This document shows positions 47,297 through 56,631 of a stretch of 64,000 bases of DNA, in pieces. Numbering within the stretch: the stretch's first letter is position 1; each line of letters starts with the position of its first letter. The notes under the pieces are model-generated. The model saw nothing but the letters and a program-made list of their open reading frames with translations, did not search any database and was not told the DNA's origin. Both the position numbers and the translations under genes were made by a program. The DNA is from a virus (taxonomy: Duplodnaviria > Caudoviricetes): positions 19,743 to 83,742 of IMG/VR virus record IMGVR_UViG_2865833183_000001. The stretch is one strand, 5' to 3'.

Positions 47297-49542
47297 GCGG
47301 CTTGCCGATCCCCGGCAACTTCATGAGCCCGACTACCGAGCAGGTTGACCCGAACACCTCCGGGTGGGCGGCCAAACTGAACTGCACCATCTCCCTCGGT
47401 AGCGGCGGCAGGAATGGCGACGGCTGCCTCGCTGTGAAATCCTCCGCTGCCGGGGAGATGCAGGTCCGATCATTCTCCTCGTTCTTCGCGACGCCGTGGG
47501 TCGAATACGAGGCGTTCTGCGATGCGGCCGGCGGCACGGTGCCGGAGCGAATCGGCATCCGCTGGATGGACTCCAGCAACACCGAGATCGGTATCACCTG
47601 GTCGCTAACCACGGCTTCCGCATCGTCAAGTTGGCACCGCATTGCCGTGGGCGGTGTGGCCCCGGCGAATACGCATCACGCATATGTGCTGGTGTCTGCG
47701 ACGCCAGCCGCAGCCAACGTCACGAACTTTTTCGAGAACTTCTACTTCGGCTATCCGAAGACCACGACCGGCAACCTTGTGGGGTTCAACACCGAGTCCG
47801 GCGAGATCGACGTCAGCGGCTGGCTGGCCGAGGCGAACTGCACCATCGCACGCCAGGCCCCGCCCGTACAGTGGGCCGTCACCAACTACTGGGCAGGCGG
47901 CCACGCCATCGCCATGACGGTCACTGCCAACGGCAATGCCAGCATGTGCAGCACCGACCGGCCTGACGCCACACCAGGCGTGGAATACATCGCCCACGCC
48001 TACCTCAATCCGCCCACAAGCGCGGCAACAACCTGGGTTGAGCTGCGGTTCTACGACGGGATGGGAACGCAGATCCAGGCGACGCGCGGGGTGCTCGCGG
48101 CCCCAGGCACCGCTTGGTACCGGCAGCGCGCCTCTGCCGTCGCCCCGGCAGGCACCGCCTCCTGCTCCATCGCCGCCGGTATTGACAGCGCGACGGCTGG
48201 TCAGGTGCTGAGGCTCGACTGGGTGGTCGTCAGCACAGCGCCCGTGCTGTACGCGGGCAGCGCTGTGCCCTACGCGGACGCGTCCTTCGAGCAGGGCGTC
48301 GCCGGATGGGCCGTGGCCTCCGGCGCGGCGACCATCGCACGATCGAGCCCCTGGGGCGCATCCTTTTTCGAGGGCGGCTACTCGGGCACCATCACCTCTG
48401 CCACCGCCACCACCAGCGTGGTCAGGTCCGGCCGTTTCCCTCTGCCTGCCGGGGCAGTGGCAGGCCAGAACCTGCGCACGAAGGTGCTCACTCAGGTGAC
48501 GGCTGGAGGCTGGACGGTCAGCCGCGGGATCAGGTGGTCCGACGCGTCCAATACAGACCTCGGGGCCACAACCAGCACACCGATCACCGCTCCCTCGCCG
48601 GGCTGGTGGTCACTCAGCAACGACTTCACCATCCCAACAAACGCGACTCAGGCCGCGCTCGAGTACACACTCACCGCTACGGCCGCCAGCAGCGTGTGGC
48701 GCATCGACCAGGTGGGCGCGTGGCTGGCCCTCCCGTACACGTCGGTGGGCGCCGACGATAGCACCGCCTCTATTACGGTGACGCTGCGCGAGCTCACGAT
48801 AGGGGACCTCCTCACCGTGTACCGGGTCCTCCCGGACGGATCCAGGACGCTGGCGCGCGGCCCCTCCGGGCTGTACAGCCAGACACCGATCACAGCCGGC
48901 GAGGTTGTCATCGAGGATTACGAGGCACCCCTCGGCGTCCCTATCTCCTACTATGTCGAGATCCTCACCCCCGGCACGTCCGCACCCAGCACCCGCACTT
49001 CAGACACGGTGACTCTCACTCCGGGCGACATTAACGAGTGCTGGCTGAAGGACCCGGGCCAGCCCCAGCGGAACCTCAAGGTGCTGGTGGCGCGGGCCCC
49101 GGACTGGCAGCGGAGTATCGAGCAGGCCGAGATGAGGGTCCGCGGTCGGCGCAACAGCGTGATCCTCTCGGACGTGCGCGGGGGCCTAGAGGGCGATCTG
49201 CAGATCTGGACCCGCAGCGACGACGAACGCGATGGGCTGCACTGGCTCCTCGACTCCGGCAACGTCCTGCTGTGGCAGGCCGTGGCCGGCATGGGCGTCA
49301 GCGACATGTACGTGGTGGTCGGCCAGGTCACCGAAGCGCGGGTCACCGGATACGCACCGGAGCCGTGGCGAGCCTGGACACTGGCTCTCCGCCAGGTCGA
49401 CATGCCAACGACGACTGGCGTCGCCGGCTCGGCGGGCCGCACCTGGCAGGACATCCTCACTCAGTTCGCCACATGGCAGGACGTACTCAACTCCTATGCC
49501 ACCTGGGAGGACGTCCTCTTCGACCGCAGGATCGGGGGCTGA
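47293..49542 (+). CDS. Minor tail protein with repeated carbohydrate-binding-like modules
   Basis: Three similar ~160-aa Trp/Thr/Ala-rich beta modules; DYEAPLG. Confidence 0.8.
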   Translation: MSGLPIPGNFMSPTTEQVDPNTSGWAAKLNCTISLGSGGRNGDGCLAVKSSAAGEMQVRSFSSFFATPWVEYEAFCDAAGGTVPERIGIRWMDSSNTEIGITWSLTTASASSSWHRIAVGGVAPANTHHAYVLVSATPAAANVTNFFENFYFGYPKTTTGNLVGFNTESGEIDVSGWLAEANCTIARQAPPVQWAVTNYWAGGHAIAMTVTANGNASMCSTDRPDATPGVEYIAHAYLNPPTSAATTWVELRFYDGMGTQIQATRGVLAAPGTAWYRQRASAVAPAGTASCSIAAGIDSATAGQVLRLDWVVVSTAPVLYAGSAVPYADASFEQGVAGWAVASGAATIARSSPWGASFFEGGYSGTITSATATTSVVRSGRFPLPAGAVAGQNLRTKVLTQVTAGGWTVSRGIRWSDASNTDLGATTSTPITAPSPGWWSLSNDFTIPTNATQAALEYTLTATAASSVWRIDQVGAWLALPYTSVGADDSTASITVTLRELTIGDLLTVYRVLPDGSRTLARGPSGLYSQTPITAGEVVIEDYEAPLGVPISYYVEILTPGTSAPSTRTSDTVTLTPGDINECWLKDPGQPQRNLKVLVARAPDWQRSIEQAEMRVRGRRNSVILSDVRGGLEGDLQIWTRSDDERDGLHWLLDSGNVLLWQAVAGMGVSDMYVVVGQVTEARVTGYAPEPWRAWTLALRQVDMPTTTGVAGSAGRTWQDILTQFATWQDVLNSYATWEDVLFDRRIGG

Positions 49543-49543
49543 G

Positions 49544-50635
49544 GTGTACCCCGTCTCTGACCGCTTCCTGGCTCGGCTGGTCGAGTCCCACAACATCGCG
49601 ACCGAGGTGGTCCTGTTCCTGGCCAACGGCCAGGTGGAGACACTGCCTCACATCGGGGGCAGCGTCACAGTGGACCGAGGGCAGGCCACCCGCCGCACCT
49701 GCTCCGTGACCGTCGCCGACACCAGCCTCATTCCGTGCACGGCCACCGACAAGCTCTCCGTCTACGGCGCACAGCTGCGGATCAGCTGCGGTGTCGAGCA
49801 CGCGGACGGTTCGCGGGAGCTTGTGCCGGTCGGCCTGTTCCGCGTCGATAGCGTCAGCGGCGATGTTGACGAAGGCCCCGTCACCATTAGCGGCAAGAGT
49901 CTTGAGGCCATGGTCGCCGACGACAAGTTCACCACCCCGGTCAAGGTCAGCGGTACAGCGGTCGGCGCGGTGACCAGCCTCATCCAGGCCTCGCTCCCCA
50001 GCGCCACGGTCATCAACCGGGCCGTGGACGCCACGATCGGACCCCGCACCTATGACACCGAAGGTGACCGGTGGGCGGCTGTCGCCGAGTGTGCCGCGGC
50101 GATCGGCGCCGAGGTGTATACGGACACGGACGGGGTCTTCATCATCTCCGAGCTGCCCGATCTGCTCGCCGTGCCCCCGGTGTGGACGCTGGCGGCGGGG
50201 GAGGGCGGCGCCTATGTCTCCGCCAACCGTGGCATGTCGCTCGACGGCGTCTACAACGGGGTGTTGGCCAAGGGAGAGAACACCGAGGCGGACATCCCGG
50301 CTGTCTCGGCGCTGGTGGTGGACGACGACCCGACATCGCCCACGTACTGGTCGGGGCCGTTCGGACACCGGCCGACTTTCTACAGTTCGGCCACCCTGAC
50401 CAGCGTCAACGCCTGCACCTCGGCCGCCACGCTCAAGCTGCGCGCCGCCAAAGCTCCCAACGCAAGCGCCGACATCACCAGCCTGCCGAACCCTGCCCTG
50501 GAGCCCGGCGACGTAATCCGCGTCCTCTACCCGGACGGCAGCAAGGAGCTCCACCAGATCCAGTCGTTCACAGTGCCGCTCGACACCAGTGGATCATTCA
50601 CGCTCGACACGATCGCCGCGAAGGAGGACGCGTGA
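49544..50635 (+). CDS. Minor tail protein (DUF5047-like baseplate hub)
   Basis: GSVTVDR...RR.C...PNPALEPGDV. Confidence 0.8.
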   Translation: MYPVSDRFLARLVESHNIATEVVLFLANGQVETLPHIGGSVTVDRGQATRRTCSVTVADTSLIPCTATDKLSVYGAQLRISCGVEHADGSRELVPVGLFRVDSVSGDVDEGPVTISGKSLEAMVADDKFTTPVKVSGTAVGAVTSLIQASLPSATVINRAVDATIGPRTYDTEGDRWAAVAECAAAIGAEVYTDTDGVFIISELPDLLAVPPVWTLAAGEGGAYVSANRGMSLDGVYNGVLAKGENTEADIPAVSALVVDDDPTSPTYWSGPFGHRPTFYSSATLTSVNACTSAATLKLRAAKAPNASADITSLPNPALEPGDVIRVLYPDGSKELHQIQSFTVPLDTSGSFTLDTIAAKEDA

Positions 50636-51294
50636 CCTCCATAGCCGATCTCGCAGACGCCATCCGCCTCCAAGCCGTCACCGCCGGCGCCACCGAGCCG
50701 ACGGTTCGGGGCGCCGACTGGCAGACCGCCACCGTCACAGCGGTCGGCGCCGGCACCGTGGACTGCGGCACGATCACTGCCCGCCGCTTGGAGTCCTACC
50801 AGAACCCGGCGGTCGGCGACCACATCGTCATCACCCAGTCCGGCAACGGCAACTGGCTGGCCTGCGGACGAACCTCCAGCACCACCGACACAGAATGGGA
50901 CGACTACAACCCCATCTGGACCACCGACGCCAACCCGCAACCCAGCGTCGGCAACGGCACGCTGACCGGCCGATGGAAACGAGACGGCCGCACCATCGTC
51001 GGCTGGATCAACCTCGTCGCAGGATCCACCACCACGTTCGGCAGCAGCAGCGACTGGAATTTCTCCCTGCCGGTGCAGGCCGCGAGCGTAGGGACGCGTC
51101 TTTGCCACGCCGAGGCCCTGGCCGGTAGCCGCCTCGCAGGCCAGTTCGTGATCTCCCCGTCGCAGACCGCCAGCAAGTGCTACTTCCCCAGTACGACTAC
51201 TCCGCCGTTGGTCTCGTGCCGCTCCGACAGGCCCTTCGCCTGGGCCAGTGGCAACCAACTGCGGATCGACTTCCTGTACGAAGCCGCCTCCTAG
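50632..51294 (+). CDS. Minor tail protein
   Basis: LESY..P.VGD; GNGTLTGRW. Confidence 0.75.
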   Translation: MTSIADLADAIRLQAVTAGATEPTVRGADWQTATVTAVGAGTVDCGTITARRLESYQNPAVGDHIVITQSGNGNWLACGRTSSTTDTEWDDYNPIWTTDANPQPSVGNGTLTGRWKRDGRTIVGWINLVAGSTTTFGSSSDWNFSLPVQAASVGTRLCHAEALAGSRLAGQFVISPSQTASKCYFPSTTTPPLVSCRSDRPFAWASGNQLRIDFLYEAAS

Positions 51295-51303
51295 GAGACC
51301 CTC

Positions 51304-51531
51304 ATGGCGATGAACCCCACGAACCTGCCCTACATCACCGTCTTCGGGCAGGGCACCAACCCCGAGGAGTCGGTGAGCGTCGACCTCGTCGCAACCACCA
51401 ACGGCATCCAGTTCTCGGAAGATGAGCTGATCGCGCTGGTGCGGCAACACCTCGATAGCCTTCCCGGTGTCGGATCGACGTCCGCCACTCGCTACAGCGT
51501 GGCCGTGGAGCAGGTCGGCGAGGGAGCCTGA
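51304..51531 (+). CDS. Small tail-region protein
   Basis: AGGAG RBS; coupled to next gene. Confidence 0.6.
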   Translation: MAMNPTNLPYITVFGQGTNPEESVSVDLVATTNGIQFSEDELIALVRQHLDSLPGVGSTSATRYSVAVEQVGEGA

Positions 51532-52154
51532 TGGCCACAACGGACGCCTACGGGCAAGGCATTCCGATCACTGCGCTGACGGATCAGCCGAACGCCAACT
51601 CACTCATCTTCGGGCCCGTCGATGAGCTCACCGAACGGTCCGTGATGCGATTCTCCTCGGCCTCGGCGCGCAACGCGACCCTCAGCAGCCCGGTAGCTGG
51701 CATGGTCGCCTACCTCACTACGGAGAAGCTGTTTACTGGCTACGACGGTACCGCCTGGGTGGTGCTCGCTGCGGGCACCTCCGCCTGGACGAACGTACCG
51801 CTGGCCAGCGGCTTCACCCACAATGGCAACAGCAACGGGAACTTCCAATACAGGGTGGTCAATCTCTTCGGCGAGCCCACTGTCATGCTCCAGGGCGCCG
51901 TCAACGCGACTTACAGCGGTAGCAACATCGCCAACGGGGGCATCGTCACCTCTTCCCCACTCCCGTCTTCCGCCCGGCCAGGGAGCCTCCGCACCGTCGT
52001 CATCCCCTGCTCAGACGTGTCCAGCGTCCGCATCACTCTCAAGCTGGACGCCCAGCCTGACGGCCACCTGAAGATTTACGGCACAGGCACCGGCGCCGAC
52101 GGCACCAGCAAACCTCCGTGGATCGGATTCAACGGCGTCTTCTACAGCCTCTGA
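51531..52154 (+). CDS. Tail fibre / receptor-binding protein
   Basis: VMRFSSASARNA...GMVAY...YDG; LP...RP. Confidence 0.7.
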   Translation: MATTDAYGQGIPITALTDQPNANSLIFGPVDELTERSVMRFSSASARNATLSSPVAGMVAYLTTEKLFTGYDGTAWVVLAAGTSAWTNVPLASGFTHNGNSNGNFQYRVVNLFGEPTVMLQGAVNATYSGSNIANGGIVTSSPLPSSARPGSLRTVVIPCSDVSSVRITLKLDAQPDGHLKIYGTGTGADGTSKPPWIGFNGVFYSL

Positions 52155-52217
52155 CCACGAACATCCCTCACCGCACGCCCCGCAGAGTCGGGGCCTTCTT
52201 CATGTCTGGAGGCCTCC

Positions 52218-53261
52218 GTGGCCAAGACGGGACCACAGCGCTACCCCGGCGCATCCACCACCTACTGGTACCAGTCCGCGTGGGGTGGCGACTCGATGGA
52301 GTCGAACGTCATCGTCTGGCACACCACCGAAGGCACCAGCCTCCCCTCCTACAGCGGGGGAGCGCAGGCCCCCAACTTCACCGCCGTGCCCGACTTCAAG
52401 AACAAGCGGCTGCTCTGGTACCAGCACTTCGACTTCGACACCTCCGCCCGTGCCCTCGTCAACCGGCCTGGCGGGGTCGAGACCAACACGCTCAATGTGT
52501 GCCAGGTTGAACTCGTCGGCACCTGCGACCCGTCCACGCACAAGAAGTGGGGCAGCACCCCGCACCTGTACACCTCGGAGCTGCCCGACTGGGTGATCCG
52601 TGACCTGGCCGCCTTCGTTAAGTGGGCCCACGACCAGCACGGCGTGCCGCTCACCAGCGCGGTGACGTTCAAGGCATACCCGGGCAGCTACGGCTCCAAC
52701 GGGGTGCGCATGACCGCCGCCAAATGGAACAGCTTCACCGGCCACTGCGGGCACCAGCACGTCCCCGAGAACGACCACGGCGACCCCGGCCTATTTCCTA
52801 TGGGCGCCATCCTCGACCACGCCAAGGGCGCCAGCACCCCCACCACCCCGCACCAGCAGGGAGAAGACAGCGACATGCCCACCACGCTCGGTCTGTACAG
52901 CACCACCGACCGGCCCCTCGTCCCGGGGAAATGGACCACGCTCACGGTCGAAAAGACCGATATCGTCACCGGCGCCAATGCCTACACCGCGAGCGTCATG
53001 CTTACCGTCGACGGTGCACCCGCCGGCGGCACCCTCCAGGGCCGCTTCTACCACCAGCGCACAGACGGATCCCGCTGGGACTCAGGCATCGTCGAACGCC
53101 CCACCACAGCAGGCAGCAGCTTCGTCGACTTCCCCCACGCCGGATCCATCGCCGCCACCGAGAAGCTCCGCTTCGAAGTCGCCTACTTCCCCGCCACCTC
53201 AGGCGACGAAAAGTCGGTCACCATCACCACGTCGCGCGTGCGCGGCCTCTACTGGAAGTGA
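52218..53261 (+). CDS. Endolysin, N-acetylmuramoyl-L-alanine amidase
   Basis: VWHTTEG, QVELVG, GHQHVPENDHGDPG zinc-amidase motifs. Confidence 0.88.
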   Translation: MAKTGPQRYPGASTTYWYQSAWGGDSMESNVIVWHTTEGTSLPSYSGGAQAPNFTAVPDFKNKRLLWYQHFDFDTSARALVNRPGGVETNTLNVCQVELVGTCDPSTHKKWGSTPHLYTSELPDWVIRDLAAFVKWAHDQHGVPLTSAVTFKAYPGSYGSNGVRMTAAKWNSFTGHCGHQHVPENDHGDPGLFPMGAILDHAKGASTPTTPHQQGEDSDMPTTLGLYSTTDRPLVPGKWTTLTVEKTDIVTGANAYTASVMLTVDGAPAGGTLQGRFYHQRTDGSRWDSGIVERPTTAGSSFVDFPHAGSIAATEKLRFEVAYFPATSGDEKSVTITTSRVRGLYWK

Positions 53262-53269
53262 GCTCGACC

Positions 53270-53626
53270 ATGAAGATCTTCGGCAGAGAACCGGTCGTGG
53301 TTCTGAACAGCCTCTCGGCGATCCTCGGCCTGATCGTCACCCTCGGTATCACCAGCCTGACCGCCGAACAGTCCGGCGCGATCGTCGCCGTGGTCTCCGC
53401 AATCCTCGGCGGCATCGCCGCCGCCATGACCCGACCCGTCGCTCCGCAGGCGTTCACCGCCATCGTCGCAGCCGGCGCCACCGCCGTCGCCGCATTCGGC
53501 TACGAGGTCAGCCAGGAAACCGTCGGCGCCATCAACACGCTCGTCCTCGCCGCACTCACCCTGCTGACCCGCGTCCAGGTCACACCCTCCAGTCCGGCCG
53601 CCCCCGCGGGCCCGACGGGCGTCTGA
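53270..53626 (+). CDS. Holin
   Basis: MKIFGREP, four hydrophobic segments, ends QVTP; follows endolysin. Confidence 0.8.
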   Translation: MKIFGREPVVVLNSLSAILGLIVTLGITSLTAEQSGAIVAVVSAILGGIAAAMTRPVAPQAFTAIVAAGATAVAAFGYEVSQETVGAINTLVLAALTLLTRVQVTPSSPAAPAGPTGV

Positions 53627-54072
53627 TGCCGTGCCGGGTGGCCCGACGGCTACAGAAACACCTGGGCCGCCGCGGCACGTTCCTTTTGATCCTCGGCACG
53701 GGCAAGACCTGCTGGGGCATCGGCCTCATCGCCACACCCCAAGGAAGCACACAGGGCCTCGAACTCCTCACCCACGCCATGCCCCTGCACTACTGGGCCT
53801 GGCTATGGATCACGGCCGGCCTGGTCACCGCGGGCAGCGCCTTCGTCCGTGTAGGCCGCGACAGCATCGGGTTCTTCGCCGCCCTGATACCCCCCACTGT
53901 GTGGGCCACGGCCTACACATCTGCCGTCGTCAACGGCACCTTTCCCCGCGGCGGGTTCGTCGCAATCTGGTACCTCACCTCCCATGTGGGGGTCATCCTG
54001 TGGGCCGCAACGGTGCCCGAACATTCGGTCCCCCCAGCGCCGAGACGCCCCCGGAGAGGCAAGGGCGCATGA
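53626..54072 (+). CDS. Membrane protein (lysis cassette)
   Basis: LGRRG.FL; four TM segments. Confidence 0.7.
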   Translation: MPCRVARRLQKHLGRRGTFLLILGTGKTCWGIGLIATPQGSTQGLELLTHAMPLHYWAWLWITAGLVTAGSAFVRVGRDSIGFFAALIPPTVWATAYTSAVVNGTFPRGGFVAIWYLTSHVGVILWAATVPEHSVPPAPRRPRRGKGA

Positions 54073-54428
54073 CCATCTGGGCGGGCCTCGTCACCGCGTT
54101 CGGCACCGTCGGCGTGATCGCGTGCGGGATCTTCACCGCGCGAGCAACCACGCGGGCAGCCGCCGCCACGGCACGGGCGAACGAGGCCGCAGCGCGGGCA
54201 GCCGCCGAGCCAGCCAACCAGCAGGCAAGTCTGTCGGTTCTGCAGGCCACGGTGGAACGGGTGGACATGGAAAACGGGCAGCTACGGCAGAGGCAGAGCA
54301 GGCTGGAGTCGCTACTGCGGGCGTTCTCGTGGACGGTGGACGAGCTGTATCGGTGGGCTCGGAACCCTGTCGGCCAGCCTCCGGAGCCGCACTCGCTGGT
54401 GGATGAGTACAACCGAACTGGAGTATGA
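54069..54428 (+). CDS. TM + coiled-coil protein (lysis cassette)
   Basis: N-terminal TM then coiled coil. Confidence 0.65.
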   Translation: MTIWAGLVTAFGTVGVIACGIFTARATTRAAAATARANEAAARAAAEPANQQASLSVLQATVERVDMENGQLRQRQSRLESLLRAFSWTVDELYRWARNPVGQPPEPHSLVDEYNRTGV

Positions 54429-54430
54429 CC

Positions 54431-54604
54431 ATGCCGACCCCTGAGGAGCAGCCCGCCCCGCAGCCGGCCGTGCCGATCCCGGACACGTCCGCGGCGGACA
54501 TGGGCACCCTGGTGGACATGGGGGTGGTGGAGCCGCAGCCCGAGCCCTCCCCGGAGCCGCCACCGCCGCCCAACTACGACGGGGCGGCGCCCGAGAATCC
54601 ATGA
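54431..54604 (+). CDS. Small Pro-rich protein (not in ORF track)
   Basis: GGAG RBS; MPTPEEQPAP...; followed by hairpin. Confidence 0.45.
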   Translation: MPTPEEQPAPQPAVPIPDTSAADMGTLVDMGVVEPQPEPSPEPPPPPNYDGAAPENP

Positions 54605-54609
54605 AGGAA

Positions 54610-54650
54610 CGCCTCGCCCCTGCCAAGTGCAGGCGGCGGGGCTTCTATTC
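54610..54650 (+). terminator. End-of-late-operon hairpin
   Basis: GCCTCGCC.CCTGC...GCAGG.GGCGGGGC followed by TTCTATT. Confidence 0.5.
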
Positions 54651-54651
54651 G

Positions 54652-54680
54652 TTTGCCGTGTCGGCACCCCCATGTACTCT
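54652..54680 (+). promoter_or_regulatory. Putative promoter of the Y RNA-Ro60 operon
   Basis: TTGCCG-N16-TACTCT. Confidence 0.5.
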
Positions 54681-54699
54681 TGAGCCACAACTTCATGCA

Positions 54700-54770
54700 C
54701 CTCCCGGTGCGCAGGCCGCGGCTACTTCTTTGGGTGAATCACGCCGCACGCCGACTTTGATCTCGGGAGG
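54700..54770 (+). ncRNA. Y RNA 1 (short), with Pro-UGG anticodon-like loop
   Basis: Terminal stem CCTCCCG/CGGGAGG; GGTGCGCAG...TTTGATC Ro-stem motif shared with RNA 2; TTC-TTTGGGT-GAA hairpin; upstream of TROVE gene. Confidence 0.8.
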
Positions 54771-54781
54771 CACAGCATCGG

Positions 54782-54925
54782 GGGTGCCCGGTGCGCAGGC
54801 CGGGGATACTTCTCCTGCCAAGAGAGAGACGCGGGTTCGAATCCCGCCCTCCGGTCCAGGGGACCGGAGGTAGCTCAGCGGCCTAGAGCGCTACGTTTCC
54901 CCAGCCGATTTGATCTCGGGCACCC
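54782..54925 (+). ncRNA. Y RNA 2 (YrlA-like) containing a circularly permuted tRNA-Gly(GCC)-like domain
   Basis: Stem GGGTGCCCG/CGGGCACCC; anticodon arm TTCTC-CTGCCAA-GAGAG; T arm GCGGG-TTCGAAT-CCCGC; closed acceptor stem CCTCCGGTCC/GGACCGGAGG; D arm TA-GCTC-AGCGGCCTA-GAGC. Confidence 0.9.
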
Positions 54926-54939
54926 TACTGCTGGTCCTT

Positions 54940-54961
54940 CCCTCTACGTGAGGGGCTTTTT
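54940..54961 (+). terminator. Terminator/attenuator hairpin overlapping the Ro60 RBS
   Basis: CCCTC-TACGT-GAGGG then GCTTTTT, 1 nt before ATG. Confidence 0.5.
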
Positions 54962-54962
54962 C

Positions 54963-56576
54963 ATGGCCAGGTTCAACCAGCGCGGCAGCCGTCCCGCCGT
55001 CCACTCGCCCGTGACCACCACCGGGGAACGGACCATCACACACGAAGGCGCCACCGGACACCTCCGGGACGCGAAGAGCGAACTCTTCCTGCTCGCGGTC
55101 AGCAACTTCGTGGGTGTCGACACCTTCTACGAGAAGGGCGGCCAGCGCGACGACCGGTACACTCAGCTCGTCCGCAAGCTCGCCATCGAAGACCCCGAGT
55201 GGACAGCCGGACTCCTCGGCTGGTTGCGCGGCGAGGGCAACATGCGCACCGCCGCCCTCGTCGGCGCCGCCGAGTTCACCGCCGAACGCCTGCTGCACGA
55301 GGTGCCCGGCTACTCCCGGCAGGTCATCGCCTCCGTCCTCCAGCGCGCCGACGAGCCGGGGGAGATGCTCGGCTACTGGACGTCGAAGTACGGCCGCAAG
55401 CTGCCGAAGCCGGTGAAGCGCGGCATCGCCGATGCCGTCCAGCGGCTCTATAACGAGCGGTCGCTCCTCAAGTACGACACCGACAGCAAGGGCTACCGCT
55501 TCGGCGACGTCCTCAACCTCGTCCATGCATCGCCCGACCCGGGCAAGGCGTGGCAGGGAGACCTGTTCGCCTACTCCCTGGACCGCCGCCACAAGCGGGG
55601 CACCGTACCCGACCCCGACACGCTCCCGATCCTGGCGCGCAACCTCGCCTTCGCCGAATTCGTCGAGCAGGACCCGAACATCCTGCTGAGCGCCGAGGAG
55701 ATCAAGCGTGCCGGGCTCACCTGGGAAACGGCGCTGTCCATAGCGGGCAGTAAGGTCGACAAGGCCAAGCTGTGGGAGGCCCTCATCCCGTCCATGGGCC
55801 TGATGGCGCTCGCCCGGAACCTGCGCAACTTCGACGAAGCCGGCGTCGCCGACGCGGTCGCCGCACAGCTCTGCGCCCGATTCGTCGACGCGGAGCAGGT
55901 GGCGAAGTCCCGTATGTTCCCGTTCCGCTGGTGGGCCGCCTACAAGCACGCCCCGTCCCTGCGCTGGGCCCACGCGCTCGAGCAGGCCCTAGGCCACTCC
56001 CTTGTCAACGTGCCCCGCCTGAAGGGCACCACGCTGATCCTGGTGGACCGGTCGCCGTCGATGTTCCCCGGCTACGGCTTCTCCACCCCGAACACCTCGG
56101 ACATCACGCTCGCTGAGCAAGCCGCCGTCTTCGGATCCGCCCTCGCCCTCCGAGCCGAGAAGCCCACCCTCGTCGAGTTCGGCGGCGAATCCAAGGAACT
56201 CGCTGTCCCCAAGGGGGGCAGCGTCCTGAAACTCGTCGAGCAGTACGGGCAGATCGACGGCACCGACATCCCCACCGCCGTGAAGCGCCACTGGTTCGCC
56301 CACGACCGGATCGTCATCGTCACCGACGAACAGACCCGGCCCGGCTGGCTGCCCTCCAACATGCACCGCTACGGCGGGATGCAGGAGACCGCCATCGACG
56401 ACCTCGTCCCCAAGACCACCCCCGTCTACATGTGGAACATGGCCGGGTACAAGCCCGGCGCCATGCCGTCCGGGACCACAGGCCGCCACACCTTCGGCGG
56501 CCTGACCGATCACGCCTTCCGCATGGTGCCGCTCCTCGAAGCCGGCCGCGACGCCGCCTGGCCGTGGGAGGACTGA
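54963..56576 (+). CDS. rsr: Ro60 / TROVE-domain RNA-binding protein
   Basis: DTFYE, R.EGNMRT, QRADEP, KY, MALARNLRN, SR.FPFR; vWA MIDAS DRSPS and IVTDEQ. Confidence 0.93.
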   Translation: MARFNQRGSRPAVHSPVTTTGERTITHEGATGHLRDAKSELFLLAVSNFVGVDTFYEKGGQRDDRYTQLVRKLAIEDPEWTAGLLGWLRGEGNMRTAALVGAAEFTAERLLHEVPGYSRQVIASVLQRADEPGEMLGYWTSKYGRKLPKPVKRGIADAVQRLYNERSLLKYDTDSKGYRFGDVLNLVHASPDPGKAWQGDLFAYSLDRRHKRGTVPDPDTLPILARNLAFAEFVEQDPNILLSAEEIKRAGLTWETALSIAGSKVDKAKLWEALIPSMGLMALARNLRNFDEAGVADAVAAQLCARFVDAEQVAKSRMFPFRWWAAYKHAPSLRWAHALEQALGHSLVNVPRLKGTTLILVDRSPSMFPGYGFSTPNTSDITLAEQAAVFGSALALRAEKPTLVEFGGESKELAVPKGGSVLKLVEQYGQIDGTDIPTAVKRHWFAHDRIVIVTDEQTRPGWLPSNMHRYGGMQETAIDDLVPKTTPVYMWNMAGYKPGAMPSGTTGRHTFGGLTDHAFRMVPLLEAGRDAAWPWED

Positions 56577-56589
56577 TCCGCACAACATG

Positions 56590-56623
56590 GCGCCCCGCTC
56601 TCCTCCGGGAGGGCGGGGCGCTT
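56590..56623. terminator. Hairpin between convergent genes
   Basis: GCGCCCCGCTCTCC-TCCG-GGAGGGCGGGGCGC. Confidence 0.65.
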
Positions 56624-56631
56624 CGTCTTCT

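Noticed and set aside
54810-54890. Ordinary tRNA-Gly gene
   Set aside because: Arms are in permuted order, acceptor stem is closed by a loop, no CCA end; embedded in a Y RNA stem
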